64,000 nt of DNA from assembly GCA_963675665.1 (NCBI GenBank), contig OY776510.1:1600001-1664000 (forward strand), in the 5' to 3' direction. Of the stretch, positions 10,470 to 20,830 are shown piece by piece (position 1 is the first letter of the stretch; each line of letters starts with the position of its first letter). The DNA is from Spirochaetia bacterium (GTDB lineage: Bacteria; Spirochaetota; Spirochaetia; UBA9216). Below the pieces are notes generated by a model. It was not told the DNA's origin. It worked only from the letters and a program-made list of their open reading frames with translations, and ran no database searches. Position numbers and translations under genes: made by a program.

Positions 10470-11510
10470 ATGAAAAAGATCGTAGCAATGCTTTTAGCAT
10501 TAATTGTCGTCGGCGGAATGGTAGTCGCGGGCGGACAGCAGGAAAGCGCTGCAGCTGGTGATGATCAGCTGGAAATCGTAATGGTTGTAAAACTGGAAGG
10601 TGTAGCATGGTTTGACAACATGAGACTCGGAATTGAAAGATTTAATGCCGAGCATCCGGATGTAAATTGTTATCAGATCGGTGCCGATACAGCCGATCCG
10701 GCCGCACAGGTAGCACTTGTAAACGACCTTATCGCAAAAGGTGTTGACGCAATCCTTGTAGTCCCTAATGACCCGGAATCGCTTGTTCCTGTATTCAAGA
10801 AGGCGAATGATGCCGGTATTCTTACCTTTACGCATGAAGCATCAAACCAGAAACAGATTAGTTTTGATGTTGAAGCTTTTGACAACGCGGCATACGGACG
10901 TCATATGATGGATGTTATGGCTACATGGATGGGAAAAGAAGGCGTCTGGCAGCCTTTTGTAGGTCATCTTACATCACCTACACACAACCAGTGGGTCGAC
11001 GGTGAAGTTGAACAGGCCAAGAAAATGTACCCTAAACTCAAAATGGCAACACAGAGAGTTGAAGAGCAGGAAAACCAGCAGATTGCATACGAAAAATCAC
11101 TTGAGCTTCTTAAAACTTATCCTAACCTGAAAGCTCTTATGGGGTCGGCAATGAGTACTGTTCCGGGAGCCGCCGCTGCAATAGAAGAAAAAGGTCTTAT
11201 CGGTAAGGTTGCTGCATTCGGTACATGTCTGCCGTCAGTTGCCGGCGATTACCTTGAAAGCGGTGCCGCCAAATCAATTCATTTCTGGGTTCCTGCTGAT
11301 GCCGGTTATGTAACGGCAATGGCTGCCTATAAAACTCTAAAGGGTGAAGAAATTACAGACGGAACCGATATGGGTGCTCAGGGTTATAATAAAATAACCG
11401 TTAAGAAAAACGAGTTCGGTTATCCTGTTATCTATGGACAGGCCTGGGTTGATGTCAACAAAGACAATCTTGATGACTGGAAAGATGCCAGCGGAAAGTA
11501 TAAACTTTAG
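10470..11510 (+). CDS. Monosaccharide ABC solute-binding protein (LsrB/RhaS-like)
   Basis: Signal peptide; VVK..G..WF, DP.AQV..VNDLIA.GVDAI.VVPND; SD aggagg. Confidence 0.88.
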   Translation: MKKIVAMLLALIVVGGMVVAGGQQESAAAGDDQLEIVMVVKLEGVAWFDNMRLGIERFNAEHPDVNCYQIGADTADPAAQVALVNDLIAKGVDAILVVPNDPESLVPVFKKANDAGILTFTHEASNQKQISFDVEAFDNAAYGRHMMDVMATWMGKEGVWQPFVGHLTSPTHNQWVDGEVEQAKKMYPKLKMATQRVEEQENQQIAYEKSLELLKTYPNLKALMGSAMSTVPGAAAAIEEKGLIGKVAAFGTCLPSVAGDYLESGAAKSIHFWVPADAGYVTAMAAYKTLKGEEITDGTDMGAQGYNKITVKKNEFGYPVIYGQAWVDVNKDNLDDWKDASGKYKL

Positions 11511-11527
11511 ATTGAACTAAGTTCTTC

Positions 11528-11561
11528 GGAAGGAAGGCTTGGCCCTTCCTTCCTTTTTTTT
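11528..11561 (+). terminator. Hairpin plus T-tract after the solute-binding gene
   Basis: ggaaggaagg-cttggc-ccttccttcc-T8. Confidence 0.75.
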
Positions 11562-11571
11562 AGGAGAAAAT

Positions 11572-13098
11572 ATGGCTGAAGTATTTCTTGAAGCTAAAGG
11601 GGTAAGCAAAACATTCGTCGGGGTTAAGGCTTTGGATAATGTTGATCTTACCATTGGCAAAGGAGAAATCCATTGCCTTATAGGTGAGAATGGCTCCGGA
11701 AAATCCACTCTGATAAAAATTATCGGCGGTGTATACAGGGCAGACAGCGGAAGCATTGAAATAGAAGGAAAAGAGCTTCATGAACACGGTATGCAGGCAA
11801 TTGAATCGATCCGCGCCGGAGTGCAGATTATTTATCAGGACCTTTCGCTGTTTCCAAACCTGACCGTTGCTGAAAATATTTCAATCAATCAAATGCTTGA
11901 AAGCAATCAGCAGACTGTTAACTGGAAAAATGTCCAGGAAGAAGCCCAAAAGGCGTTAAATGAGATCGGCGAGAAAATTGATCTTAATGAAAGGGTTGAA
12001 AACCTGTCAATGGCAAAAAAACAGATTATTGCCATTTCAAGAGCCCTTACGCAGAATGCAAAACTAATAATAATGGATGAGGCTACCTCTGCAATTACAA
12101 AAGAGGAAGTTGATCATCTTTTTTCAATAATATTAAAATTGAAAGAAAGGGGAATATCAATCCTGTTCGTCAGTCACAAGCTGAGCGAGGTTTTTGAAAT
12201 CTCGGAAAACATAACCATCCTCAAGGATGGTAAGCAGATAGGTGTCTATCCTACATCTGAACTCGATAATGATAAGCTTGTTTACCTTATGACTGGACGG
12301 GAACTGGAATATTCTCCATACATATATAAAAAGGAAATGGCAGAAGAAATTCCTTTGCTGTCTGTTGAGAATCTGAATAAAGAACGGCAATTTCATGATA
12401 TCAATTTTTCCCTGCAAAAGGGAGAAATTCTCGGAATAACCGGGCTGATTGGATCCGGACGAACAGAGGTTGCTCAGGCCCTTTTTGGACTGAACCGGCC
12501 GGACAGCGGAACTGTACGAATGAAGGGCAAGGCGCTTGAAATAAAGAGTCCTGAAGATGCGATTCGTCATGGACTGGCGCTTTTACCGGAAGACAGGCAT
12601 AATCAGGGCCTTTTTGAAGAACAATCGATAGGTGATAATATTGTAATAACTATTTTAAAATCGCTGCTGGCGAAACTCAGTTTGCTGAGTCCGGTTAAGC
12701 GCAAAGACGCCGGCAACAGATGGATTGAGAAGCTTGCGATTAAAACTCCCACAGGAGATAATCCGGTTAACAGCCTTTCGGGTGGAAACCAGCAGCGGGT
12801 TGTACTTGCCAAATGGCTGGCAACTGAACCTGAGGTTTTTATTCTGGACGGGCCCACTATCGGAATAGATATAGGCTCAAAACACACGATACATGAAATT
12901 ATCCGGGATCTTGCCGGAAAGGGAATGGGAATTATCATGATTTCCGATGAGATTCAGGAGATTCTTGATAACTGTAACCGTGTTTTGCTTATGTCGAACG
13001 GCAGAATGATAAAAGAGGTTGAAGATTCAACCACAACAACGGCAGAGGAGCTGTTTGATATAGTGACAAGATCATATGAAGGGGAGGTAGGCGCATGA
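11572..13098 (+). CDS. Sugar ABC transporter ATP-binding protein (RbsA-like, tandem ABC domains)
   Basis: Walker A GENGSGKST, SLSGGNQQ. Start MAEVF lies after SD aggag. Confidence 0.93.
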   Translation: MAEVFLEAKGVSKTFVGVKALDNVDLTIGKGEIHCLIGENGSGKSTLIKIIGGVYRADSGSIEIEGKELHEHGMQAIESIRAGVQIIYQDLSLFPNLTVAENISINQMLESNQQTVNWKNVQEEAQKALNEIGEKIDLNERVENLSMAKKQIIAISRALTQNAKLIIMDEATSAITKEEVDHLFSIILKLKERGISILFVSHKLSEVFEISENITILKDGKQIGVYPTSELDNDKLVYLMTGRELEYSPYIYKKEMAEEIPLLSVENLNKERQFHDINFSLQKGEILGITGLIGSGRTEVAQALFGLNRPDSGTVRMKGKALEIKSPEDAIRHGLALLPEDRHNQGLFEEQSIGDNIVITILKSLLAKLSLLSPVKRKDAGNRWIEKLAIKTPTGDNPVNSLSGGNQQRVVLAKWLATEPEVFILDGPTIGIDIGSKHTIHEIIRDLAGKGMGIIMISDEIQEILDNCNRVLLMSNGRMIKEVEDSTTTTAEELFDIVTRSYEGEVGA

Positions 13099-14105
13099 CC
13101 GTGAAATCACTGATGAAGAAAAATGAAACCTATCTTCTATTAATAGTAATTGTTTTTTCTATTGTTATTAACATTATTAATCCGGTGTTTCTGACTTTTG
13201 AAAATATTTTCGATCTTCTGCGTAGCAGTTCAGGGACAGCTGTTCTGGCTATCGGAGTATTCGTAGTTCTTTTGTCCGGAGGTATAGATGTTTCCTGTAC
13301 TGCAATTGCCATATGCGGTCAGTACATAGCAGTTAATTTTCTGATTGCAAGCGGTGTTGACAATATTTTTGTTGCTTTTCTGATCTCGATAGGTATAGGA
13401 CTGGCTCTTGGGGCAATAAATGCTGTATTTATATCGATATTTAACCTTCCTACGCTGATTACTACCCTAGGCACAAGCAGCCTTTTTCACGGAGCGCTTT
13501 TAGAGTGGGTGGGAACAAAAGCTGTAAATGTCGGAAACATACCGGACAGTATCAAAACATTCGGGAAAATGAATATTCTTACATTTACCAGACCCGACGG
13601 GACAGAATACGGATTATCTGTTTTTTTCCTGATTTTGGTGATAGTTGTCGTTCTTACCTGGTTTATACTTAAATATACAATGATAGGACGGGGTATTTAT
13701 GCAATAGGCGGAAACCGCGAGGCGGCCAAAAGGACTGGTTACAACATCCGTAAAATCCAGTTTTTCACATATATGTACGCAGGCCTGCTTGCAGGTGTAA
13801 TGGGCGTGATGCATCTTTCGCTGATTCGTTACAGTAATCCGAACTATATTGTAGGGTCGGAGCTGAGCGTGATAGCGGCAGTTGTTCTCGGCGGAACAAG
13901 GATAAGCGGTGGAACCGGAACTATAACCGGGACCCTGATTGGAGTTGCTCTTATTACAATCCTTGAGAAAAATCTTGTTCTTATCGGGTTGTCGTCCTAC
14001 TGGCAGCAGTTTTTTATCGGTGTAATAATTATTCTCGGTGTTACAATCACATATGCACAGAACAAGATTAGCGGTCGGCGAAAATTGTCGATTGACAGTG
14101 TTTAG
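13095..14105 (+). CDS. Sugar ABC permease (RbsC-like)
   Basis: GGIDVS, GRGIYAIGGN, IAAVVLGG motifs. Confidence 0.92.
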   Translation: MTVKSLMKKNETYLLLIVIVFSIVINIINPVFLTFENIFDLLRSSSGTAVLAIGVFVVLLSGGIDVSCTAIAICGQYIAVNFLIASGVDNIFVAFLISIGIGLALGAINAVFISIFNLPTLITTLGTSSLFHGALLEWVGTKAVNVGNIPDSIKTFGKMNILTFTRPDGTEYGLSVFFLILVIVVVLTWFILKYTMIGRGIYAIGGNREAAKRTGYNIRKIQFFTYMYAGLLAGVMGVMHLSLIRYSNPNYIVGSELSVIAAVVLGGTRISGGTGTITGTLIGVALITILEKNLVLIGLSSYWQQFFIGVIIILGVTITYAQNKISGRRKLSIDSV

Positions 14106-14120
14106 TGTGGAGAGGGTAAA

Positions 14121-15140
14121 GTGAAAATTAATATTAAGAGTTCGAAAAACTTAACGCTTTTTATAATAATGATGGTGATTTTTGCAGTGTTGTCTATCGC
14201 AATGCCGAGCAAGTTCCTTACCGGAATAAATCTGCAGTCAATGGCTTCACAATTTCCCGAATTCGGACTACTTGCTCTTGCCATGATGATGGCGATGATT
14301 ACAGGCGGAATTGATCTTTCGGTTGTCTCCATATCGAATTTTACCGGTGTCATTGCCGCATTGATTCTTTCCGGTTCGGTTGAATCGTCAACACCGGCCG
14401 GTGTAGCAATTCTTTTTGCTGTTGTTGCCGTTGTCGCAATATCGGTAATCTGCGGTATGGTAAACGGCATGCTTATAGCGCTGATAGGCGTTCCTCCGAT
14501 TCTTGCAACTCTTGGAACCCAGGGCCTTTTTCTGGGTTTGGCGATAGTAATAACCGAAGGGCATAGCATAAGCGGGTTTCCTGAGGTGTTTATGGGGCTT
14601 GGGAGCGGGAATCTTCTCGGGCTTCCGGTACCTTTTGTAATTTTTGTCGTAATAGCGTTTCTTGTAAGTGTTTTATTGGGAAGGACACGCCAGGGATTTA
14701 ATATGTATATGGTTGGTTCGAATCCGACAGTTGCTAAATTTTCGGGTGTAAACAACACCAGGGTGCTGATAAATACATATATCCTTACGGCAATACTCGC
14801 AGGTCTGGCATCACTTATAATGATTTCAAGGGCAAATTCAATGCGTCCGGGTTACGGAACCGCATATCTGTTGCAGGCCATCCTTGTAGCAGTTCTGGGC
14901 GGGACGGATCCTGACGGTGGATTCGGAACAGTTAAAGGTCTGGTGATGGGTATAGTGATACTGCAGATTACACAGAGCGGATTAAATATCATGTCGTTCA
15001 GCCCGTTCTTTAAAAAGTTCATTTGGGGGTTTGCTCTTCTTATGATTATGGTAATTAATTTTCTGCTTCACAGGTACAATGAACGCAGACGAGTTATGGA
15101 GATGAATAAAATTAAAGCTGCAGCACAGGCCGCAGGCTAG
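14121..15140 (+). CDS. Sugar ABC permease (RbsC/LsrD-like)
   Basis: GGIDLS, PILATLGT, VGSNP motifs. Confidence 0.92.
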   Translation: MKINIKSSKNLTLFIIMMVIFAVLSIAMPSKFLTGINLQSMASQFPEFGLLALAMMMAMITGGIDLSVVSISNFTGVIAALILSGSVESSTPAGVAILFAVVAVVAISVICGMVNGMLIALIGVPPILATLGTQGLFLGLAIVITEGHSISGFPEVFMGLGSGNLLGLPVPFVIFVVIAFLVSVLLGRTRQGFNMYMVGSNPTVAKFSGVNNTRVLINTYILTAILAGLASLIMISRANSMRPGYGTAYLLQAILVAVLGGTDPDGGFGTVKGLVMGIVILQITQSGLNIMSFSPFFKKFIWGFALLMIMVINFLLHRYNERRRVMEMNKIKAAAQAAG

Positions 15141-15149
15141 GGAGGAATA

Positions 15150-16154
15150 ATGAAAAAGTTCTTAAACAAACCGGAAAAATTTGTTGATGAGATGATAGAA
15201 GGGATAATGGCGGCGCATTCTGACAAGTTGAAATATGTCAATGATGATTTACGCTGTGTCTGTACAGCCACCGGCAGAGAAGGAAAGGTCGGCATAGCGA
15301 CCGGGGGCGGATCAGGGCATCTTCCGCTGTTTCTGGGATATGTGGGCGACGGAATGCTTGACGGTTGTTCGGTAGGCGGAGTCTTTCAGTCGCCAAGCGC
15401 CGAGCAGATGTTTGAGGTTACAAAAGAAATAGACAGGGGTGCAGGCGTTTTATATATATACGGAAATTACGGCGGCGATATCATGAACTTCGATATGGCG
15501 GCGGAAATGGCAGATATGGAAGATATCAAAGTGCTGCAGGTAGTAGCCGGAGAGGATGTGGCATCGTCAAAGAAGGGCGAGGAACACAAGCGCCGCGGCG
15601 TTGCCGGGATATTTTTTGTGTACAAGATTGCAGGCGCCTGTGCGGATGATCTGAAATCTCTTGAAGAGGTGAAACGTGTTGCTGATAAAGTTTGTGCCAA
15701 CGTCAGGACCATGGGAGTAGCGCTGAGCCCCTGTATAGTGCCCGAGGTGGGCAAACCGTCTTTTCAGATTGAGGATGGAGAGATGGAAATCGGCATGGGA
15801 ATTCACGGGGAACCCGGCATTGAGAAGGGGCCGCTTAAACCCGCAGATGAAGTGGTCGAGACAATGCTGAATGCAATCCTGGTGGATCTTCCTTATGAAA
15901 GAGGGGCTGAAGTAGCGGTACTTATGAACGGGCTCGGAGCAACCCCGAAAGAAGAACTGTATGTGATGTATAGAAAGGTTGCTGAAATACTCAAGGCAAA
16001 AGGGATCTCGGTGTTCCATGTATATGCCGGTGAGTTTGCCACCTCTATGGAAATGGCGGGCGCATCGATATCGCTTCTGAAACTTGATGACGAACTGAAA
16101 AAGTATCTTTCAAGACCTGCATATACACCGTTTTTTGAACAGGTTCAGCTCTAA
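15150..16154 (+). CDS. dhaK: Dihydroxyacetone kinase family subunit K
   Basis: GGGSGH.P, NY.GD.MNF, RRGVAG, GMGIHGEPG. Confidence 0.92.
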   Translation: MKKFLNKPEKFVDEMIEGIMAAHSDKLKYVNDDLRCVCTATGREGKVGIATGGGSGHLPLFLGYVGDGMLDGCSVGGVFQSPSAEQMFEVTKEIDRGAGVLYIYGNYGGDIMNFDMAAEMADMEDIKVLQVVAGEDVASSKKGEEHKRRGVAGIFFVYKIAGACADDLKSLEEVKRVADKVCANVRTMGVALSPCIVPEVGKPSFQIEDGEMEIGMGIHGEPGIEKGPLKPADEVVETMLNAILVDLPYERGAEVAVLMNGLGATPKEELYVMYRKVAEILKAKGISVFHVYAGEFATSMEMAGASISLLKLDDELKKYLSRPAYTPFFEQVQL

Positions 16155-16164
16155 GGGGTAACGG

Positions 16165-16803
16165 ATGGAGACTCTTTCGATCGACAATGTAAAAGATTTT
16201 CTGACGAAGATGAATGAAGTTGCCGCATCAAACAAGGATTACCTTATTGAGCTGGACAGCAAAATGGGCGATGGTGATTTAGGGCTTACCATGGCGGCGG
16301 TTTTTGCAGCGCTTGACGATTTTGCGAGCAGTTATGAAGATGAGGATATAGGGGGGCTTCTGATGAAAGGCGGTATGGCCATGGCGAAAGCGGCGCCGTC
16401 GACAATGGGAACTCTGATGGCTACCGGGTTTATGCGCGGCGGAAAGGCTGTTAAAGGTTCAACCGGGCTTGGAGTGTCAGAGATTGCGGCGTTCTGGAAA
16501 GCCTTTGTTGAAGGAATTATGGACCGCGGCAAGTCGAAACCGGGAGAAAAAACCATTATTGATGCGCTATACCCCGCCGCGGAATCTTTTGAAGCGTCAG
16601 CAGCTGCCGGCGAGGCTCTCCCTGTAGCTTCGGCAAAGGCCAAAACAGCTGCCGAACATGGTCGGGACAGTACTGTCGGAATTGTTGCCCAGCACGGAAG
16701 GGCAGCCTATTATCAGGAGAAATCAAAAGAGATTCAGGACCCGGGAGCAACTATGGGTGCAATCCTGGTCGGAACATTTGTTGATTTTATTACGGAATTA
16801 TAG
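16165..16803 (+). CDS. dhaL: Dihydroxyacetone kinase family subunit L
   Basis: LDSKMGDGDLG, GEKTIIDAL, GRAAY, DPGA. Confidence 0.92.
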   Translation: METLSIDNVKDFLTKMNEVAASNKDYLIELDSKMGDGDLGLTMAAVFAALDDFASSYEDEDIGGLLMKGGMAMAKAAPSTMGTLMATGFMRGGKAVKGSTGLGVSEIAAFWKAFVEGIMDRGKSKPGEKTIIDALYPAAESFEASAAAGEALPVASAKAKTAAEHGRDSTVGIVAQHGRAAYYQEKSKEIQDPGATMGAILVGTFVDFITEL

Positions 16804-16811
16804 GGAACGGT

Positions 16812-17315
16812 ATGGAAAAAAGAACTGTAAAACTGACTGAAATGACTGCGGAAAATTTTGCGGATTACGGATTGTGGATAACCGATACAGCGCATTCGCC
16901 GGACGCCGACTGCGCTGAGCTGAAGTTCTGGAACAGGCTCGGCGTTATGAATCACAAGGGCAATACCTCTATATCGATTGTTCAGACATACGGAAAAAAC
17001 GGGCTTGTTGAAGAGACGCTTGAACAGCATAAAACAACCGGAGAGGCGCTGCTTCCGACTGAAGATATCTATATAGTAGCAGCGCTCTCAGAAACGGACG
17101 TTCCCGATAAACCTGATCTGAATACAGTAAAAGCTTTTATGGTAAAAAAGGGCGAGGCTGTTATCATGCATCCCGGTATATGGCACCACGCTCCGCTGAC
17201 CAGGGCTGAAAAAGCCAACACATTTGTCGCTTTTTACGAGAATACTCCTGATGAGGATTTTTTGGCTTATGAGTTGAAGGATGAGTTCGGTTGCTGGTTT
17301 GAAGTTGAGGTTTAA
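16812..17315 (+). CDS. Ureidoglycolate lyase (AllA)-like cupin protein
   Basis: (E)NFADYG, LEQH..T.EA..P, PGIWHHAP. Confidence 0.75.
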   Translation: MEKRTVKLTEMTAENFADYGLWITDTAHSPDADCAELKFWNRLGVMNHKGNTSISIVQTYGKNGLVEETLEQHKTTGEALLPTEDIYIVAALSETDVPDKPDLNTVKAFMVKKGEAVIMHPGIWHHAPLTRAEKANTFVAFYENTPDEDFLAYELKDEFGCWFEVEV

Positions 17316-17316
17316 C

Positions 17317-17414
17317 CCATTCGGTTTAAGCCTAGTGTTCTAAACCGAATGGAATAAGTGATTTTTTAATATTTAATTGAATAAGTCTATCCGGCAAACA
17401 CCGAGTAGGCTTAT
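17317..17414. terminator. Hairpins between convergent operons
   Basis: ccattcggttta...taaaccgaatgg (17317-17352) and aataagtcta...taggcttatt (~17380-17414). Confidence 0.55.
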
Positions 17415-17440
17415 TAGAAAGTAAAACTGTATTTAATGTC

Positions 17441-18850
17441 CTAAATCGGAAGCCCGACTATCTTTCCGGGATTCAAAATATTATCCGGATCAAACGTTTT
17501 CTTTATTCCTTTAAACAGAGTTATTGTTTCATCTCCGAGCGATTCCTTCAGGTATGCGCTCTTGGCGTGGCCTATCCCGTGCTCGCCGGATATCTGGCCG
17601 CCGTATTCGCCGGAGGCTTCGTAAAGCTTTTCCATAATCGATTCGCATTTGGATTTCCAGCTAATGTTGTCCAGATTGTCCTTGCACAGGTATATATGAA
17701 GGTTGCCGTCCCCGGCGTGTCCGAAGCTCCTGATTCTTACTCCGTGTTCATTTTCAAGGGTATCTACATAGCTCATGAACTTTCCGAGGTTTGTCCGGGG
17801 AACTACAACGTCGCATTCGTCCATTTCGGGGGTGGAGGTTTTTATCGCCTCGAGAAATGCCCCCCGTGCTTTCCAGATAGATTCCTGCCGTTCCTCGGTG
17901 TCTGAGATGAACACATCAAGCGCCCCGTTTGCAAGGCATACCTCTGCCGCGTCCCGATAAATACTGTTGAGTTCCGCCCTTGTGTTTCCGTCGTAGGTAA
18001 GAAGAAGATATGCATTAGCTGACTTGTCCGGAAAATGGTGCCCAAGGTACTCTTCAGCCGCCTCGATAACCTGTTTCTGCATGAACTCCACGGCTGTCGG
18101 TACGTGCTTCGACTGAAGTATCTTGGGAACGGTTGAAAAACACTGGTCAAGCCTGTCGAACGGAATTAGAAGCGAGAGAGCGGCAGGGGGCAGCGGGATA
18201 AGCTTTAGGACTATCCGGGTAATCACTGCCAGGGTGCCTTCCGAGCCTATGAGGATGTCCCTTATACTATAGCCAGAACTGTTCTTTGCAATCTTGCCTC
18301 CGATTTCAATTATCTTGCCGTCCGGAAGCACGGCCGTCATGCCCCTGACGTAATCTCGGGTAACCCCGTACTTTATTGCGCGCATGCCCCCGGCGTTCGT
18401 CATCACATTCCCGCCTATGGTTGCTGACTTTTCGCCCGGGTCGGGTGGGTACATCATGTCGCGGTCAATTGCCTCTTTTGCCAGCGTCATCAGAAGAACT
18501 CCGGGTTCCACTGTGACCGTGTAGTTGTCATGATCGAACTCGATAATGCTGTCCATTTTGGCAAGCGAAAGAAGGATTCCGCCGTAAAGCGCAACCGCCC
18601 CGCCGCATAAGCCCGTTCCGGAACCCCGCGGGGTTACAGGGATGTGTCTTTCATGGGCAAGTTTCATCACGGCTGAGACCTGCTCCGTCGACATGGCTTC
18701 AACAACCACATCAGGCTCAAATACGCCGTAGAGAATCATTTCGTCATGGGTAAAGTCTTCATGGATATCGGAGCCTGTAAGGACGTGCTCTTCACCGCAT
18801 ATTTCAATAAGACGTTTTATGTCCGCTTTGGTGGGTTTGTTATACTGCAT
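17441..18850 (-). CDS. lctD: FAD-dependent 2-hydroxyacid (D-lactate) dehydrogenase, GlcD/LctD family
   Basis: PRGSGTGL.GG, PDPG...TIGGN..TNAGG, GSEGTL, HAGDGNLH, SGEHGIG; lies in an operon with etfBA and larA. Confidence 0.85.
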   Translation of the reverse strand: MQYNKPTKADIKRLIEICGEEHVLTGSDIHEDFTHDEMILYGVFEPDVVVEAMSTEQVSAVMKLAHERHIPVTPRGSGTGLCGGAVALYGGILLSLAKMDSIIEFDHDNYTVTVEPGVLLMTLAKEAIDRDMMYPPDPGEKSATIGGNVMTNAGGMRAIKYGVTRDYVRGMTAVLPDGKIIEIGGKIAKNSSGYSIRDILIGSEGTLAVITRIVLKLIPLPPAALSLLIPFDRLDQCFSTVPKILQSKHVPTAVEFMQKQVIEAAEEYLGHHFPDKSANAYLLLTYDGNTRAELNSIYRDAAEVCLANGALDVFISDTEERQESIWKARGAFLEAIKTSTPEMDECDVVVPRTNLGKFMSYVDTLENEHGVRIRSFGHAGDGNLHIYLCKDNLDNISWKSKCESIMEKLYEASGEYGGQISGEHGIGHAKSAYLKESLGDETITLFKGIKKTFDPDNILNPGKIVGLPI

Positions 18851-20030
18851 ATGAAACGGCTCCTTTTATTTTATTGATCAGCGACGGCACTACATCGTAA
18901 ATGTTCCCGATAATTCCGCAGTGCGAGATCTTCATAATCGGCGCCGCGCCGTCCGTGTTGATTGCTACGATCTTTTCGGCCGCGTCCATGCATGCTGTAA
19001 ACTGTATTGCCCCGGAAACCCCGCAGGCGATAAGCAGTTTGGGTTTTACTGTACGGCCCGACAGACCGATCTGTCTAGTGTAATCGCACCAGCCCTTTTC
19101 AACAAGCGGCCGGGTGCAGGCGTATTCGCCGCCGACAAGGGCTGCAAGTTCCTTGATCATTTCAAGGTCTTCAACCTTTTTTACACCCTGTCCGGCAACA
19201 ACAAGCGCGTCGGCCTCGGTGATTGAGGGCTCGGCCTGTTTTTTAACGATGCTTATTACCTCTATGGCTGATGCCGCAAGCCTGTCGGTTACGGCGCGAT
19301 AAGTGAGTTTTCCGTGGGGTTGGCGCTTTTCGGCGCGGTCCATTACTTTGTAGCGTACGGTTGCAAACTGAGGTCTTGTGCGGGGGGTGATAATCTGCGC
19401 CATGATGTTGCCGCCGAAGGCTGGTCTTATCTGTACAAGGTCGGTATTTTTCTTGATTTCAAGCGATGTGCAGTCGGCTGTAAGACCGGTTCGGAACCTT
19501 GTTGCCGTGCGGGGCGCAAGCGAACGTCCAATCGATGTCCCGCCGATGAGAACCACCGAAGGTTTTATCTCTTTTATCAGATCTTCAAGAACTGATGCGT
19601 ACGAATCGACCCTGAACTCTCTGAGGCGTTCGTCGTCGTATATGAAAACCTCGTCGACACCGTAATCAAGAAGCTTTGAAGGCATAGCGCTGGTATTACT
19701 GCCTATAATAACCGCGGAAACAGGCATTTTTGTCTGTTCGGCAAGTTTCTCGGCCTTTCCGATAAGCTCGATTGCCACGGGGTGCATTTTACCCTCGACG
19801 TATTCCACAAATACTAGATAACCCTGCCATTCGCTTTTATCTATCCCTGTTTTGATCTCGCTTATGAATATGGCGTTTTCAGGGCACTGTTTGATGCAGA
19901 GCCTGCACATTTTACAGGCTTCGTTAACGGTTATACCGTCGTAGTGCATTACAAGGGCGTCAAACGGGCAGCAGTCTACGCAAACGCCGCACATTGTGCA
20001 GCTGTTTTTATCTATTAGAAGTTCAGCCAT
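18840..20030 (-). CDS. etfA: Electron transfer flavoprotein alpha subunit with an N-terminal ferredoxin domain (LctC-like)
   Basis: CxxCxxCxxxCP motifs; GLTADCT, RPAFGGN, QIGLSGRTVKP, GVSGAIQF. Confidence 0.93.
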   Translation of the reverse strand: MAELLIDKNSCTMCGVCVDCCPFDALVMHYDGITVNEACKMCRLCIKQCPENAIFISEIKTGIDKSEWQGYLVFVEYVEGKMHPVAIELIGKAEKLAEQTKMPVSAVIIGSNTSAMPSKLLDYGVDEVFIYDDERLREFRVDSYASVLEDLIKEIKPSVVLIGGTSIGRSLAPRTATRFRTGLTADCTSLEIKKNTDLVQIRPAFGGNIMAQIITPRTRPQFATVRYKVMDRAEKRQPHGKLTYRAVTDRLAASAIEVISIVKKQAEPSITEADALVVAGQGVKKVEDLEMIKELAALVGGEYACTRPLVEKGWCDYTRQIGLSGRTVKPKLLIACGVSGAIQFTACMDAAEKIVAINTDGAAPIMKISHCGIIGNIYDVVPSLINKIKGAVSYAV

Positions 20031-20830
20031 CAGATTACTCCTTTAAGGAATTTATCGGATTTAAGCATTTCGAAAAGCAGCTGAGGGGCATCAACGGTGT
20101 CGTTGTTCCAGATGACCTGCTCGACATCCGCCTCGGGTTGGAAGATTCTTTCCACCTGGGTGGGAGAACCGGACAGCCCGTAGTCTTTTTCGGAATTGTC
20201 GGGCAGATCGGCAAGGCGGAGCTTTTTCACCTGCCAATTGTTAGATTTTTTCATGTTAAGGTACGACGGAAGTCTAGGAGTGTTGATATCCTTGTCTACT
20301 GTGATCAGGCACGGAAATCGAAGCCTTACGACTTCGAGGCTCTCGGCCATATTCTGCTCGACTACTATAGTTTCAGCGTCGGCTTCAACAATCCTGCTTA
20401 CCCAGGTCACATGGGGTATTGAAAGGTGTTCGGCAATTGCTGGACCTACCTGGGCGGTGTCGCCGTCGGTGGTCTGCTTTCCGCAGATTATCAGATCGAA
20501 ACCGCCGGTGCTCCTGATGCCTGAGGCAAGGGCCCTTGACGTGGCAAGCACGTCGGCGCCCGAGAATTTGATATCTGTCATAAGAAGCCCGCCATCGGCA
20601 CCCATCATGAATGCTTCCCTGATGACCGCCTCGGCCTGCGGCGGGCCCATGGTGATAACGGCAATCTCGCCGCCGTATGTTTTTTTAAGACGCAGCGCCG
20701 TTTCCAGGGCATAGAGGTCGTAGGGGTTCATCTTGCTCGTAACACCTGAGCGTTTAAGAACGCCTGTTTCCGGATCGATATCGACCGAAGTGGTTCCCGG
20801 AACCTGTTTTATACATACGATGATTTTCAT
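20030..20830 (-). CDS. etfB: Electron transfer flavoprotein beta subunit (LctB-like)
   Basis: MKIIVCIKQVP, MNPYD, GADVLAT, GKQTTDGDTAQVGP, GSPT. Confidence 0.94.
   Translation of the reverse strand: MKIIVCIKQVPGTTSVDIDPETGVLKRSGVTSKMNPYDLYALETALRLKKTYGGEIAVITMGPPQAEAVIREAFMMGADGGLLMTDIKFSGADVLATSRALASGIRSTGGFDLIICGKQTTDGDTAQVGPAIAEHLSIPHVTWVSRIVEADAETIVVEQNMAESLEVVRLRFPCLITVDKDINTPRLPSYLNMKKSNNWQVKKLRLADLPDNSEKDYGLSGSPTQVERIFQPEADVEQVIWNNDTVDAPQLLFEMLKSDKFLKGVI

Noticed and set aside
10470-15140. Canonical lsr AI-2 quorum-sensing operon
   Set aside because: No lsrK, lsrF or lsrG in the operon; the regulator is LacI-type and the downstream genes are dhaKL
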